A stretch of 64,000 nt of DNA, taken from NCBI GenBank assembly GCA_033442325.1, contig JAWQFM010000014.1, positions 705,445 through 769,444 of the forward strand, in the 5' to 3' direction. How positions within the stretch are numbered: the first letter of the stretch is position 1; the number at the start of each line of letters is the position of its first letter. Source of the DNA: Salpingoeca rosetta (lineage: Eukaryota; Protista; Choanoflagellata). The notes below the pieces were generated by a model, which saw nothing but the letters and a program-made list of their open reading frames with translations, did no database searches and was not told where the DNA came from. Shown piece by piece: positions 36,468 to 49,751 of this stretch. Position numbers and translations under genes: made by a program.

Positions 36468-37171
36468 CGTTGTTGTCTTCTTCTTGTTCTTCTTGCTGCG
36501 CGCTTCACGTAGTGTGTTCCTTGTTCCCTCTGCTTCTCCTGCTGCGTTTGCAAGATCAAAAACACAACACAGTGAACAATGCAAAAAAAGCCACGGGCTC
36601 TTCAGAAGTGAGAAGGAGACAGGTGGGTGATGAATGACCTGAGGAAACAAAAGGGTGGAAGACCCTGATTGGTCGTGCAACTGTTATGGCTTAGTTTGGC
36701 TTTGCTTTGGTGGATGACATGAACCAATCAATCAGCAACAAGACAAACAACACCCATCCACACGCCGCCGCACAATGATGGCTTCATGAGTCAAACAGAG
36801 GCAAGCAGGCAAGGCAAGCAGACTAGGCAAGCAGACTAGGCCAACAACCATCCTACCCTATCATGTGTGAATGCAAGATGCAACGTCGCCAAACACACCC
36901 CAGCCACCGCACCACAACCACGCGATCACACTTCCTTCTTTTCAGCAGCACACCTTTTGTCTTCGTCTTGCGTTCGAATCCAGTGGTGTGGAAATGCGGC
37001 TGCTTGCAATGTCCACACAAACGGTTGTGGCGGACGCAGGCAAACGAAGCAAGATGGCTGTTGGCAAAAGCGGCTTTGCCAACTTTGCTGCAAACGAAGT
37101 TTGAAAGCATCTTCAACAAAATTTCCGCCGTCCTCTCAGCCCCAGACCGACCCGGCCAAACGACAACCAAC

Positions 37172-38117
37172 ATGAGGTGTGACGATGCTGGGAAGAAGGA
37201 AGGCGGAGACGGAAAGCGAGCGGAGGAGGACGGGATATGGAGAGGTTGTTCATGGGGGAGGAAATGTGTGAGGTCGAGGCAGATTGGAGGCGCGTTCATT
37301 GGTTATCGCGTTGGGGAGCATGTGCTGTGTGTGTGTGTGTAAGTGTGTGTAAGTGTGTTGTGTGGTGTGGTGGGAGTTTTTGGTTTTGTTGGTTGGTTTT
37401 GCTGGCGTGTGCTTGTGATCAGCAACGCACAGAAGCGGTTCGGTCGCTCACACACCACCTTGCACCGCTCATGTGTTTTGACGTTGCAACCTCCTGTTCA
37501 GCATACTCTCTCACTCACTCTCAGTCAGTCACACACACACACACACACAATCTCACATTCCTTGCAACGTGGTATGTTTTGCTTGTGCTTGCAGTGATCC
37601 GGCACAATCCGAGGAACAGCTTCGAGCGTCAATCAACCAGCAGTTGATTGAGAGCGGACAGAAAGAGAGGTGTGTATTTATTCTGGCAGCGGTTTGTTTG
37701 GTCAATGTGTGTGTGGGTGTGTGTGTATGTGTTGTATGTGTTTGTGTGTGTGTGTGGGTGTGTGTGTGTGGGTGTGTGTGGGTGTGTGTGGATGTGTTTG
37801 TGTGTGTTCATGTGTGGAGGGGTTAGTTGGAGCTGACCTATGACCTGTGCGCATGTGTATTTGTGCCGCTTTGTGTGTGCTTGTGTATTTGTCCTGCATG
37901 TTGCTTGAGTCGTCTCTTCCTTTGAGTTGATGCGACGCAACATCGTTGTGCTCGCGTGCTTAAGCTCCGCTCCGTTGGTTTGTTGAATATGCTCACCGTC
38001 TGTCTCGTTCACTTCATCATTGGCTGTTTGTTCTGTCGTGGGGTAGGCTCAAGGCCATGCTCAGAGATGAGTTGAAGAAGAGCAATTGGCGTGATCGCGT
38101 GCGCGACTTGGCAAGCG

Positions 38118-38174
<57 letters not shown>

Positions 38175-38723
38175 TGTGTGTGTGTGTGCGAGTGTACACA
38201 TATCATCATGTGACTTCTCCCATCCCATGCTGTTGTTTCCGCTGCATGTTTGTTTACGGTGTTTTTCGTTTGTGCCCCCCTTCTTCCCGGGGTTCACTTC
38301 CCGGTGACGTCAGGCAAACTGCAGGATCAAGGGGATATGACAGTAGCACAGCTAGTTGCAGCCATCACCCCTGAAGCAAGACGTACGCTGTGACTTGTGG
38401 ATGCAGTGTGTGTGTGTGTGTGTGTGTTTGTGGATGCGTGTGCGTGTGCGTGTGTGTACGTGTACGTGTGTTTGCGTATGTTTGCGTATGTGTGCGTGTG
38501 TGTGTGTGTGTGCTTCATGCATGTACGCTTGCTATGCTTATTCCTTTGCTTGTGTGTTTTGCACACATCATGGATCCACCTGCGTACAACACCACCTCAT
38601 CCCGCCCTTCATCTCCCTCGTTCTGCAGAGATGGTACCGGAGGAAGTGAAGATGAAGCTCATGGCCAATATTCAACGCAGCCTGCGGCAAACTGTCGACG
38701 AGGATAATGCCTCATCTAACTGA
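37172..38723 (+). CDS. ENY2: ENY2/Sus1 transcription and mRNA export factor
   Basis: 5-nt first coding exon ATGAG (37172-37176) joins 37595: MSDPAQSEEQLRASINQQLIESGQKER|LKAMLRDELKKSNWRDRVRDLA..|..TVAQLVAAITPEAR|EMVPEEVKMKLMANIQRSL...*. Confidence 0.9.
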
Positions 38724-38739
38724 TCAACCATCCAACAAT

Positions 38740-38746
38740 AACAACC

Positions 38747-38793
<47 letters not shown>

Positions 38794-38795
38794 CC

Positions 38796-38862
<67 letters not shown>

Positions 38863-38863
38863 A
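38740..38863 (+). repeat. (CAA)n repeat in the ENY2 3' UTR
   Basis: About 40 CAA units just after the stop codon. Confidence 0.95.
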
Positions 38864-39600
38864 CGTGAAGAAGACAAGCTAGCTGCGCTTGATGACTTGT
38901 CTGTCTGTTCATGTTTGTTTCTCATCTTGCTTTGTTCTTCGCTCCTCCCATATCACACATGTTCTTGTTTTGTCTGTCAACGCTACCACTCGCGCCCTAA
39001 CTCTACTATTGTTCCCAACATCCATCATCGCCCGAGCATTTTTTGTCTGTGTTGTCCTTCTTCCATTTCACTTTCAATTGGTCGTCTCGCCTTCCTTCCT
39101 TCCTCCTGTTTTGCTACCCTGCCTGCATGCCTGATGTAAATAGACCAACCAACCAACCAACCCACGAATGATGCCAACCATCACAGCTGTGCCTGCTGCC
39201 CCTCTCTGTCATCGTCCACATCAAAGCACCCCCCATCTTCGCACACACCTCTTGTCATCACTCCGCTTAAGACCGGATACGTGCCAAAGTTTGTTGGTGG
39301 TGGTGGACCCAGCCAGTCGTTTATGACAGGAAAGAGACAAGACACAAGCAGGGCGGCAACATGCACGACAAAGCCACACGTTGCCAGCAGTTCCCCGCAA
39401 ACGATGCCACTCACATGCACACACACCCGACAACAAACGAAGCAGCCACATCACGCACGCACGCGCGCAGGATGAAGCGACTGCAGCAAGCAGACGGATG
39501 CATGCGGTAGCTGGGGCACCATCACCGCCACACACAGAGAGACGAGACGGTGTGGATGAACAACGAAAACGCCACGCGAACCAAACACAAGCAAGACAGC

Positions 39601-40616
39601 TCAGAAGTTGAGCTTGGTCTGGCGCCAGCGGCGGCGCTTGGCGTTGTATCGGATCTTGTTGTCCGTTTTCTGAACGAGGACAAAGAAACGGTGTGTGCGT
39701 GCGTGTGCGTGCGGTGAGGTATGGGTGTGAGTGTGTGCACGAGGGGGTTCATAACTGTGCGGTTGATAGAGGGTTGTTAAGAACGGTGCGTGAATGCAAC
39801 ACAAAGAAGAAGCGTATGTGCACGCGCTCGTGCACGATTGCGCGTGCCTTGGCTCGCACGCACTCAAATACAGTTACCTCACGCAACAACCACGCCTCCA
39901 CCGAAAGCCACCATCACACACACACGCACACATCAACAAACCCACAAACATTCCCGCAGCTGCACGGGCACACGACACAATCAACAGCAACAACAAGAGC
40001 AACCACAGCAATCCCTCTAGCGCCAAGACTCACGAGGCGGATCCACTGGGGAAGAGGCCTGTTCTTGCGGGCGGCCTTGGCCAGCTTCATCTTGATCCTG
40101 AAGGACTTGTGGCTGGGCCTGTGCGTGGTTGGAAGAACGAGAACAAAGAGGAAATGTGGGAAGAAGGGTTGGAAGCGGGGGTGGAAGAAGACACAGCGAT
40201 GAGTCAAGAATGGAGTCGCGGCGGTACGTGCGTGGTGCAAACGCGAAGCGACAGCACACGGAAACGTGTGCATTGGGTTGTGCCTCTGCTGCTGATGCTG
40301 CTGTCTCGGCGTTCACAGCGTTTAGCTTTGTATCCCTGAATCATCAAACACAGCTCCTCGTATCTGCTGCCATACTCCTCATCGTAACAGCATCGCTCAT
40401 TGCGACGTCGTGTCTCTCCCTGGCCACTCATCAACGAAGCTGCTTCGTCTTTGCACACACCCTGTGCTCGGTGCTCGGTGCTCGGTGCTCTGTGCTCGGT
40501 GCTCGGTGCTCTGTGCTCGGTGCTCTGCACTTTCCTTGCTTTGTGGCCCGCGCTTACGCACACAGCCCACGCACATCCACACAAGCACACACACACAAGC
40601 AGCAGCACACTCACAT
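39601..40616 (-). CDS. RPL39: 60S ribosomal protein L39 (eL39)
   Basis: Exons 40615-40616 (AT), 40034-40118 (G+[28 protein letters not shown]), 39601-39669 ([22 protein letters not shown]). Confidence 0.95.
40304..40436 (-). ncRNA. Candidate box C/D snoRNA in RPL39 intron 1
   Basis: Box C TGATGA (40428-40433), D'-like ATGA (40397-40400), C' TGATGA (40341-40346), D-like CCGA (40306-40309). Both guide positions are complementary to the conserved LSU rRNA segment GCGUUCAUAGCGACGU (recalled from memory, not from this genome). Confidence 0.5.
40463..40527 (+). repeat. 7-bp tandem repeat (TGCTC[GT]G)n in RPL39 intron 1
   Basis: About 9 copies read directly. Confidence 0.85.
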
Positions 40617-40872
40617 GGTTGGTTGTCGTGTGCTGTAAAGGATGATGCGGGAGGAAAAAGGCACACTCGCACACGCTGTCCCCACAGAAGCAAATAAATC
40701 CAGAACACAGCACCCTTTTCTCTTTTGCTCCCTCAATCATTCCTAATAATCGATTCACTTTAATCATGTCATTCCTGTTTATCTATCATTTAGACAGCTC
40801 TGCCTGTCGTGCTGTCGACGGCGGAGACGAAGCAGCGAAACACAACACCACACACACACACACACACACACC
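40617..40872. promoter_or_regulatory. Bidirectional promoter region RPL39 / TBC1D19
   Basis: Divergent starts 256 bp apart with an AT-rich core at ~40735-40795. Confidence 0.55.
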
Positions 40873-41237
40873 ATGGCCGATGATGACAGCAGCACTGGCA
40901 GCGCTGTCAGTAGTGATGGTGGATGCAGGCCGATGGACGTGATGTTCTTGAGGCTGCTGGTGGAAAAGGCCGTGTTGGCCAAGGGCGCCAGTGCGGGAAT
41001 CAACAGCATCAGCACAAGCAAGCGCAGCTTGCCCAGTACTGGCGCTGCGAAACACGACACCGATCCCATGGCCATGTGTCGTGAAGCCATTCAAGAGTAC
41101 CTCCGCCACACGGCAATGAAGCATTCCTTGCAGCAGCAAAAGGCCTGGATCCAACCTCCCGTGCTCGGGGATGTCGAACTGGATTTCTTTCAGGCTGCCA
41201 GGGTTCGTCAGTGTGTGGATGTGTGTGGATGTGTGTG

Positions 41238-41270
<33 letters not shown>

Positions 41271-41789
41271 GTGCGCGTGGATGTGTGTGTGTGTGCGTGC
41301 GCGTGTGTGTGCCTGTGCGTGTGCGTGTGTGCGTGTGCGTGTGTGCGTGTGGGTGCATGTGTGTGTGTGTGTGCGTGTGTGCGTGTGCGTGTGTGCGTGT
41401 GGGTGCGTGTGTGCGTGTGGGTGTAAGAAGATGGCTCTGTCCCGTGCACCACGTAACCCATCGACCTGTTCCCACCTCTCTCTCTCTCTCTCCAAACACA
41501 AACACATACGCACATGTGCACACATACAGCAAGCGTGGCATCGCAAGATCGATTGCCGCCTCAACTTGATCATCACAGAGCATCACATGCCACTGACACT
41601 GCCATCAACATCGCCCAACTCGGCAACGCTGCCATCGCGCGAGGTCTTCGTTGACAGAACCCGCCCAGGTGTGTCACAGAGAACCCAAACACCTGTACAC
41701 ATCGTGCCATGGACGACAGTGTGCTGTGCAAGTTGACCGCAATGGCACAACAAGCGTACAAGCACTCAACACTCACCCAACGACTTGCA

Positions 41790-41878
<89 letters not shown>

Positions 41879-42506
41879 GCCTGCTCCCATACAATCGTTT
41901 GACGCAGAGCCGTTGAAGACGTCCATGTTTGTCTACGACCATCAGGACCTGCTGCGTGAGTACCTGGCGCTGCGTAACCCGAACATGCGGGAGGACGCGT
42001 ATGCCCCGCTCGAGTTTGCCGGGCCACGATTCGCCACGCCGTCCCTTAGTGCCCTCCGATCCCTCCTGCACGACCTCAACCCTTCCCTTCCACAGGTGCG
42101 TAGCGAGGCCACGTACCCTGGCCATGATACATGACATGTTTTGAAATATATACACACACAACACGCACACACACACCACACACACACACACACACATACA
42201 CACAGACACACACACATACACACAGACACAGACACAGACACAGACACACACACACACACACACACACACATACTTCACCCACCCCCCCCCGGACAACAGC
42301 GTGGGTATGCTCACACTGGTCCTGCGCGTGTGCGGTGATGGTGCTTGTGTTAGATTGGCACGCAAGATAGTGTGTTCTCCGCAACGAAAGGAAGCAAAGA
42401 TACGCATCTCCAGGCGTTGTTGGACACAGTACAACGCCTCACCAAATCAGCCGAGCCAAGCCACTGCCGCGCCCTTTGTCGGCGGTAAGCACGTGTGTGT
42501 GTGTGT

Positions 42507-42578
<72 letters not shown>

Positions 42579-43417
42579 TCTGGGTGTGTGGATGATCATC
42601 CTCCCCTTCCGCTCTTTCTTGCTTCTTTGAGCTCTTTCAACCCTCTCCTCCCCAGAAGCCTAGCCTACCCAACACCAACCACTGCCTCTGCCCCACCCTC
42701 GCCACCCACGCCATGCCATACATCACCAGCGGGTGCCCCGTGGCGCAGCGGGCAACCTTGTGGTATATGGCCACGTGCGGCGCGGACCCCAACGACTACG
42801 CATTGAAATACGACGAGGTCAGTGAGGACAGTGGAGACAGTGCGGGTTCAGTCGCACGCATCACACCTTCCACGGCCTGTTCCACTCTTCCACACCCACC
42901 AGGGCTTGCTCACACCCCAACCGAGCACAGTGCTACACTGACTTCAACTCGCCGCCATCACTGACACCACGACTCACCATGATGGTGTGCAGCTGTGGCA
43001 TGAGATTCGGCAGGTGCGTCGCCCCGTGGACCACCTCCTCGCTGCAGACGCAAAGTACCAGACAAACCTCGACGACAACTACTTTGTCTTCTACGTGAGT
43101 GTGTGTGTGTAAGTGTGAGTGTGAGTGTGTGTAATTGTGTGCGTGTGTGATATTGTGTGCGTGTGTAATTGTGTGTGTGTGTAATTGTGTGCGTGTGTGT
43201 GATTGTGTGCGTGTCTGTTTTCAGCTGTGCACCACGCGTGACCGTCCTTTCATTCACTGCCAACACCATCGCATGCCGTTTTCTCACATGCACGTGCATG
43301 CACGCACACGGATGCGAAACTTTGTTACCAGGACGTCATCCTCGAAGTGATGATCGCGCTGATTCGGGACCCAGCGCTCAGCTCCGAATACGGCTGGTAA
43401 GCACCACATTCCGTGCA

Positions 43418-43501
<84 letters not shown>

Positions 43502-43655
43502 GTTCACACACATGCAAATGTGTGGTGTAGCACCAGCCTGGGAGCAGACGTGGTTCCAAACGGCATTGTTCCGTTCCGTGGCCTTTGCCTCTTCGTCGCC
43601 CCACTCGCATTTATCTATCCGCGAACACCACAGCTGTACCGCGTCTTTGTCAAGG

Positions 43656-43708
<53 letters not shown>

Positions 43709-44714
43709 AGACATACACGACAACATGCAAATGAATTTGCTGGCATCTTGCACATGTGTGTGTGCTGTTGTTTTTGTTCTGCACTGGCTCATATACACTT
43801 GCAAAATGGCTGCAGCTGTACACGCGGTACTTTCGTCTGCTACACACGCTCAACGAATATCCAAACGTGAGCGACACATTGCTACCGTTGCACCGTAGCT
43901 GTTTACCGACACATCTCTGCCCTGTGTCGTAGCATGTGTCAACTTTGTCAACTTTGGTTTACTTCCCATCCCAAACCCGTGTCTCACAACAACAAGTAAT
44001 GACCACCGCCACAATAATGCACATGTGTGTGTGTGTGTGTGTGTGTTGGTGGTGGTGGTGGTGGTGCTCTAGGGTATTGCCCGTCTCAGTCAAACGTTTC
44101 TGGACCTGATGCAAGTGCGGCTGCCACATCTCCTCCTTCACCTCAAGGTCCGGAGGGCATGCGTGCTGCGCACATCATTGCCACCGATGCATGGCTGCAA
44201 TGACACAGTCACTGCTCGTATGTACACATGCACACGAGCACCCCTGCGCTGACACGCACAGTTGCATGTCCTGATTGATGCCCGCACATGGACGGTGACA
44301 AACAGGGTCTTGGGGTCAATCCTCTTGAGATTGCGTTTCCGTGGATGTTCCAGGCCTTTTCCGGCTACCTCCTGCCAGAACAGGTTCATGTGACAGTGAT
44401 TCTGCTCTTGCTGCCATTGCAACTGCACAACATACACATTTAAGCACATTTACACACACACACACACACACACACTCACACACTCACACACTCACCAACA
44501 GGTGCTGCTGCTGTGGGACCGCATCATTGGCTTTGATACGCTGCATGTGCTGCCACTGCTCAGCTTTGCGCTGTTTGCGTTCCGCCAGCGCGCGCTCGCT
44601 GTTGCGCGCACGAAGAGGGACGTGGAGTTTGTGATGGCCGATCTCCGCTCCATCGCCGTCGTGCCGCTCATGCAGTACGCCCTCTTCGCTCGCGACATTG
44701 CAACCGCAGCATAA
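40873..44714 (+). CDS. TBC1D19: TBC1 domain family member 19-like (Rab-GAP TBC family), multi-exon
   Basis: [124 protein letters not shown]...[10 protein letters not shown]; stop TAA 44712-44714. Confidence 0.88.
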
Positions 44715-44715
44715 T

Positions 44716-44816
<101 letters not shown>

Positions 44817-45040
44817 AACACAGAGTGGGGTGTCGTGTGTTTGCTTGCGCTGACGCCATGGTGCCGCTCGCTCTCATGCTACATGTGACATGTTTATGTA
44901 CAGTTTTGATAAACTGAACTGAAGGACCGCCAACACTAAAGAGCAACAATGCCAACACGCGCTCAAACAATATGGCCATCAGCATGATACTCGTACCTCC
45001 CCTGCACCACAAGCCGGATCAGAAAGACACAAGGACACAT

Positions 45041-45076
<36 letters not shown>

Positions 45077-45516
45077 CCACCCAACAGACCATCCACATCC
45101 ACATCCACATCCACATCCACATCCACATCCACATCCACACGTCAGTACACGTGCACAATGACAAGAGGTACACCAAAGAGTTGGCCAAAGCTACAACAAG
45201 AAGGACAGAGGGAAGGGATGGGGCAACGAGCGCAAGCGACAAAACTGGCACGGGCTCAGAGACAATGGACTTTGTCGGAGATGAAGAACAAGAAGCAGGC
45301 GAGCAAACAAGGTCGCAAGAAAACGCAGAAGCGGCAAGAAAGGGAAAAACCATGTCGATGAATGGATAACAGAACGCCTAACTGAAGCAAGTAGTGTAAA
45401 GAAAGGAAAAAAATCAGCAGAAGTGAGCAGTCTCATGGAAGCGGCACACACACACACACACACACACACACAACGCACGCACGCACGCCACAACCACGTT
45501 AACAGACACAATGGGA

Positions 45517-46162
45517 TCAGCTGCTCATGTCAATGTCAGCAACTCTGCCACTGCCATCTGCAAAGGCGAGGTGGGTTCCGTCCATGTTCCACGAGACACA
45601 AAACACGGCACCTTTCGACAGCAGCGTCTTCACCACGTCTTGTCTCTGTTGGTGGTCAATACGTGCACATCCACGGACAAGACGCAATCAAACTTGAGTG
45701 GCGTACAACAAACAAGTTCCCAAATAACACACATTCCAATCAGCACCCTGAACGCACATCCAACGCCTCAACACGTGTATAATCTGTAGTTTCCCTCCCC
45801 CCCTCTTCCAAGCACTGTTAACACGGGCGCATGCGCGCACCTCGACATCCCAAACGATGACGCGGCAGCCGCCGTCGCTTGTGGCCAGCCAGCGACCGTC
45901 AGGGCTGAACTCTGCGCACAAAATACCACTGGCGTGGGCTTTCAATGCGTGGAGACACACGCCCCGCCGCCCATCGACGATGCGCACGGTGCCGTCATCC
46001 GCACCACTGCTCGAAAGCAAACAAGGGCAAGGGAGAAGTGTATTACGGGTGAGGGTGGGCAGCACAGTAGCACTCAAGCATAGACAGACGCCGCAACGTG
46101 AGTGTGAATGCAGCACGGGAATGAAGGCCAGTGAGCGCGCGCGCGCGTGTGTGTGTGTGTGT

Positions 46163-46202
<40 letters not shown>

Positions 46203-49200
46203 GATGCAATGAACACATGAGGATACATGTGCCTGCAACCTCATGCACATGCACACGCGCTTGCTATCAGGTACATACGTGACAAGGAGGTGGGACGACG
46301 CCTCTGCTCGGCACCAAGCAAGAAACTTCACGGGTGACTCGTGCTGGATCACGTGCTTCACGTTCTCGCTCTCCAATGTCCACAGCTAACACAAAGGGAT
46401 GTGTGTGTGTGTGGGGGGGGGGGTAGTGTTGTGAGGCAGTGGCACCGGAAACACATCGGTCTCGCAAAACACAGTGCAATCGCACACATACACAAAGACA
46501 AACACACAGCTACATCACCACACAACCAAGAGTCACAGCATACCCGGACTGTTTTGTCGTCAGACCCTGATGCAAGCATCTTGAGGCTGTCGTTCCAATC
46601 AACCATGTTCACGTCATCCGTGTGGCCAGAGAACCGCTGTTGAAAGTACGGCTTCTTCACCCCAAACATACAAATCATCGAATCTGCACGCAGCCAGCCA
46701 CGAACGACATGACGATCATGCGACGGGTGAGTACTATGCGGGAGTGCGCGTGAAAGAGGTGGCGTGTGTTTCTTTCGTCATTCACACTTACATTCTTATT
46801 CACACATACACACGCACGCACTCACATTCACACACATGCACACATGCACACACACACTCACGTGCACACACACACACTCACACTCGCACATACACTCATA
46901 TTTACTCTCCACTGCACCACGTTGGCACTCAACCAAAAACCACACCTGTTCCCGCAGTCACGAATTTGTCCTCTGCAATCCAAGTCAGGCTCAATATCGA
47001 TCCTGGTGCACGAAGCAAGAAGAGGCACGCGTGAGTGGGCACGATGATGCAAGCAAGGCAGTGGAGGAAATCAAGGGCCGTGCTACCGATGAACACTAAC
47101 ATCAACCAGCCAACCAACCAACCAGCCAACCAACCAACCAACCAACCAACCAAACAAACAAACAAACAAACAAACAAAAAACCAACCTTCATGGAATGAC
47201 GCGCCAAGAAGCTTCTTCTCTGTGCGAGTGTTCCAGATCATGACGTTGCCGCCACCGTCGCCAGCGGCAATGTACCGCCCGTTGCTGCTGAACTTGGCTC
47301 TCGCGGTGGGATGGCCCGTGCCCGCTAGCCGCTGCTGGAGCTCACCTGTTCGCAAAGCACGCCGCGCACACCACCATCAATGATACCGGCGAGTGAGCCA
47401 ATCAGCACCATACAATTCAAAACCCCTGCATCTCACTCTGTTGCATTGCGTTAACGACCACAACCGAAGGCAGCTGTCACAACAGAAGCAGCAGAAGCAA
47501 CAGTAGCAGCAGTTGTCACAAGGCAACCACGTTCAAGACCACGCGACGTACCGTCATGTGAGGACCACACGCGCACGTATCCATCGGCGTAACCGGTGCA
47601 GAGGTGGTCGCCATCTGCACTCCAGTCTATCGAGAACACTTCCCCCATTCCTTCCTCTGCAGGATGCAGGCACACAATGGGCGGCATCTTGGGATCCTGC
47701 CAGACATGGGATGTGGCGGGCACGCACAAAGAATGTCACCAACGCACACATGCATATTCCCATCAGCACACCTCGCGTTCATACACACTGTCCCTTGAAA
47801 TACAAAACACACACACAGACACGCACGCACACACAACGAAACACACACGTATATGCACACACGTACAGGCACATGCAGGGCAAGCGAAGCAACCCAGATG
47901 GGGAAGAAGAAAGGCCCAACTGGCAAAACATACGTCGAGGTAAATGCGTGCTTTGTTGTCGCTTCCACACGACGCGAGCATGTTGTATTTTGGGTTCCAT
48001 TGGCACATGAACGCGCCAGTCGAGTGGCCCTGCAATGCGGCACGAAACAAACAGACAGCACGGTCCCATGAGATGAGCGCGCTCCTTGGAAACGACGGGC
48101 AGCACAAGTTATCACGCGAGGCACAATTTGCAGTGGTATGCGCACGTGAACAACAATCAGAGGACGCACCGCCAATTCACGGAGCTGTGAGGCTGGGATC
48201 TCCACATTCTTCTTGGCCACAACGTCGTCTGTGTTGGCGTGAAGTTTGCGCAGCACACATGAAATGAGCACATATTCATCCTTTGGCCAGGGATGATGCG
48301 CCCCATGCGTGGCAGGGGTGGGTCCGGGACAATACACTTGAGGCAGCAGAGCATACGCGTTTTGCGTCGACTTACTTGTTTCTGCCTCTGCTGTGCGTGC
48401 TCGCTGTACCTTCTGCCACAGCTCCTTTCTTCGCTCCTCGCAGATGGATGGCTGCAAACATGATGGCAGAAGCGTGGTCAAAACAGAGAGCAACAGAGCC
48501 GGCATGCAAGCTGAACAAGAAGCAGTGAAACATGATCGCAAGTGCCAACGACCATAACCACTGAAACGGGTGCAAGTGGAGGCCTTGCAAAACGGGTGCG
48601 TGGGCACAGGGACGCGCGGGCGCACACCACACAGGCACACAGACACACAGACACACACACAGACACACACCACAGACACACACCACAGACACACAGACAC
48701 ACAGACACACACCACAGACACACAGACACAGACAGACACATGGTTGCACCAACGTACTTGGACAGACTCCAGCAAGGACAAGGGTGGGAGGTCCTCGAGG
48801 AACTTGGGGTCTGCGGGAAGCCCTTCCTCTGTCAAGTTTATTTCCGCTTGCACATAGTTGAGGGCGCGCTGCATTTGTGCAATGAGCGACCCGGGCGGGA
48901 TGTGTGTGGTGGCAATGGCAGAGTGGGCAATGCCGCTCTCCTGCCCAAAGGTGAAGGAGCTGTGTTGGAACCCTGGTTGAAACGTTGTGTGGGAATGTGC
49001 GCGGGTTGTGCGGGTTGTGTGTTCATGTGTGAGGGGTTGTGTGAATACAAGTGGTGAACGCGGCAAAGGTGTTGAGCTGTCATGGTTTCGAGGAAACGCC
49101 GCCGCCGTGCGGGCGTGAAGCAAGCAGGCGTGTCGACAGTGCAAAGTAAAAGGCGGTGGGGTGGCTGCGCGCTGCTGTTGAAACAGTAGCTGAAAGAAGC

Positions 49201-49379
49201 AAGAACAAGTGCAAGACGCCAGCAGCCTCGACACAGGTGGAAGCCTCGACACAGGTGGAAGCCTCGACAAGCGGATGCGTCGACAAGCGCGGGGGAGGGG
49301 AGGTAGTGGCCACTGACTGACCTGACTCGAGCAGGTACCGGTAGATGAGGAAGTTGATGTGGTCTGTTTCAATACTCAT
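45517..49379 (-). CDS. TBL1: TBL1/TBL1XR1/Sif2-like LisH + WD40 corepressor subunit, multi-exon
   Basis: MSIETDHINFLIYRYLLESG|FQHSSFTFGQES (LisH), IPPGSLIAQMQRALNYVQAE; WD repeats GHSTGAFMCQWNP, VFSIDWSADG, FSGHTDDVNMVDWN..LASGSDDKTVR|LW, LKAHASGILCAEFSPDGRWLA, VFCVSWNMDG; stop TGA 45517-45519. Confidence 0.9.
49223..49269 (+). repeat. 18-bp direct repeat AGCCTCGACACAGGTGGA (x2.5) in TBL1 intron 1
   Basis: Read directly. Confidence 0.8.
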
Positions 49380-49669
49380 GCTTGGGACCGTCGGTTCATG
49401 TGACTGCGAACGGGAACGACAACGTGCAGAAGCAAAGCGAAGAGGGTGCACGACATGAGCTGTAGGATGAGGGGACAGCAGGAACAGGAGAGAGAAGGAG
49501 AAGGAGGGGGCGGGAACTGAACAGGAAAGCGGGAGTTGCGGTGGCCAGCAGCAGTGGCCAGCAGCGACCAGAAATGGCCAGCAGTCGGCGACACAGCCCT
49601 TCCAACAGCAGTACCACAAGAGGTTGCGTTGCGACAGCAGCAACACAAGCACACAGCACGAGCACAACC

Positions 49670-49751
<82 letters not shown>

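Noticed and set aside
39745-39880. Possible H/ACA snoRNA in RPL39 intron 2 (TAACTGT...ACAGTTA inverted repeat)
   Set aside because: No convincing two-hairpin H/ACA layout or target could be identified by eye.
44972-45511. Short ORFs between TBC1D19 and TBL1
   Set aside because: Low-complexity convergent 3' UTR/intergenic sequence, including (CACATC)n, with no coding signature.
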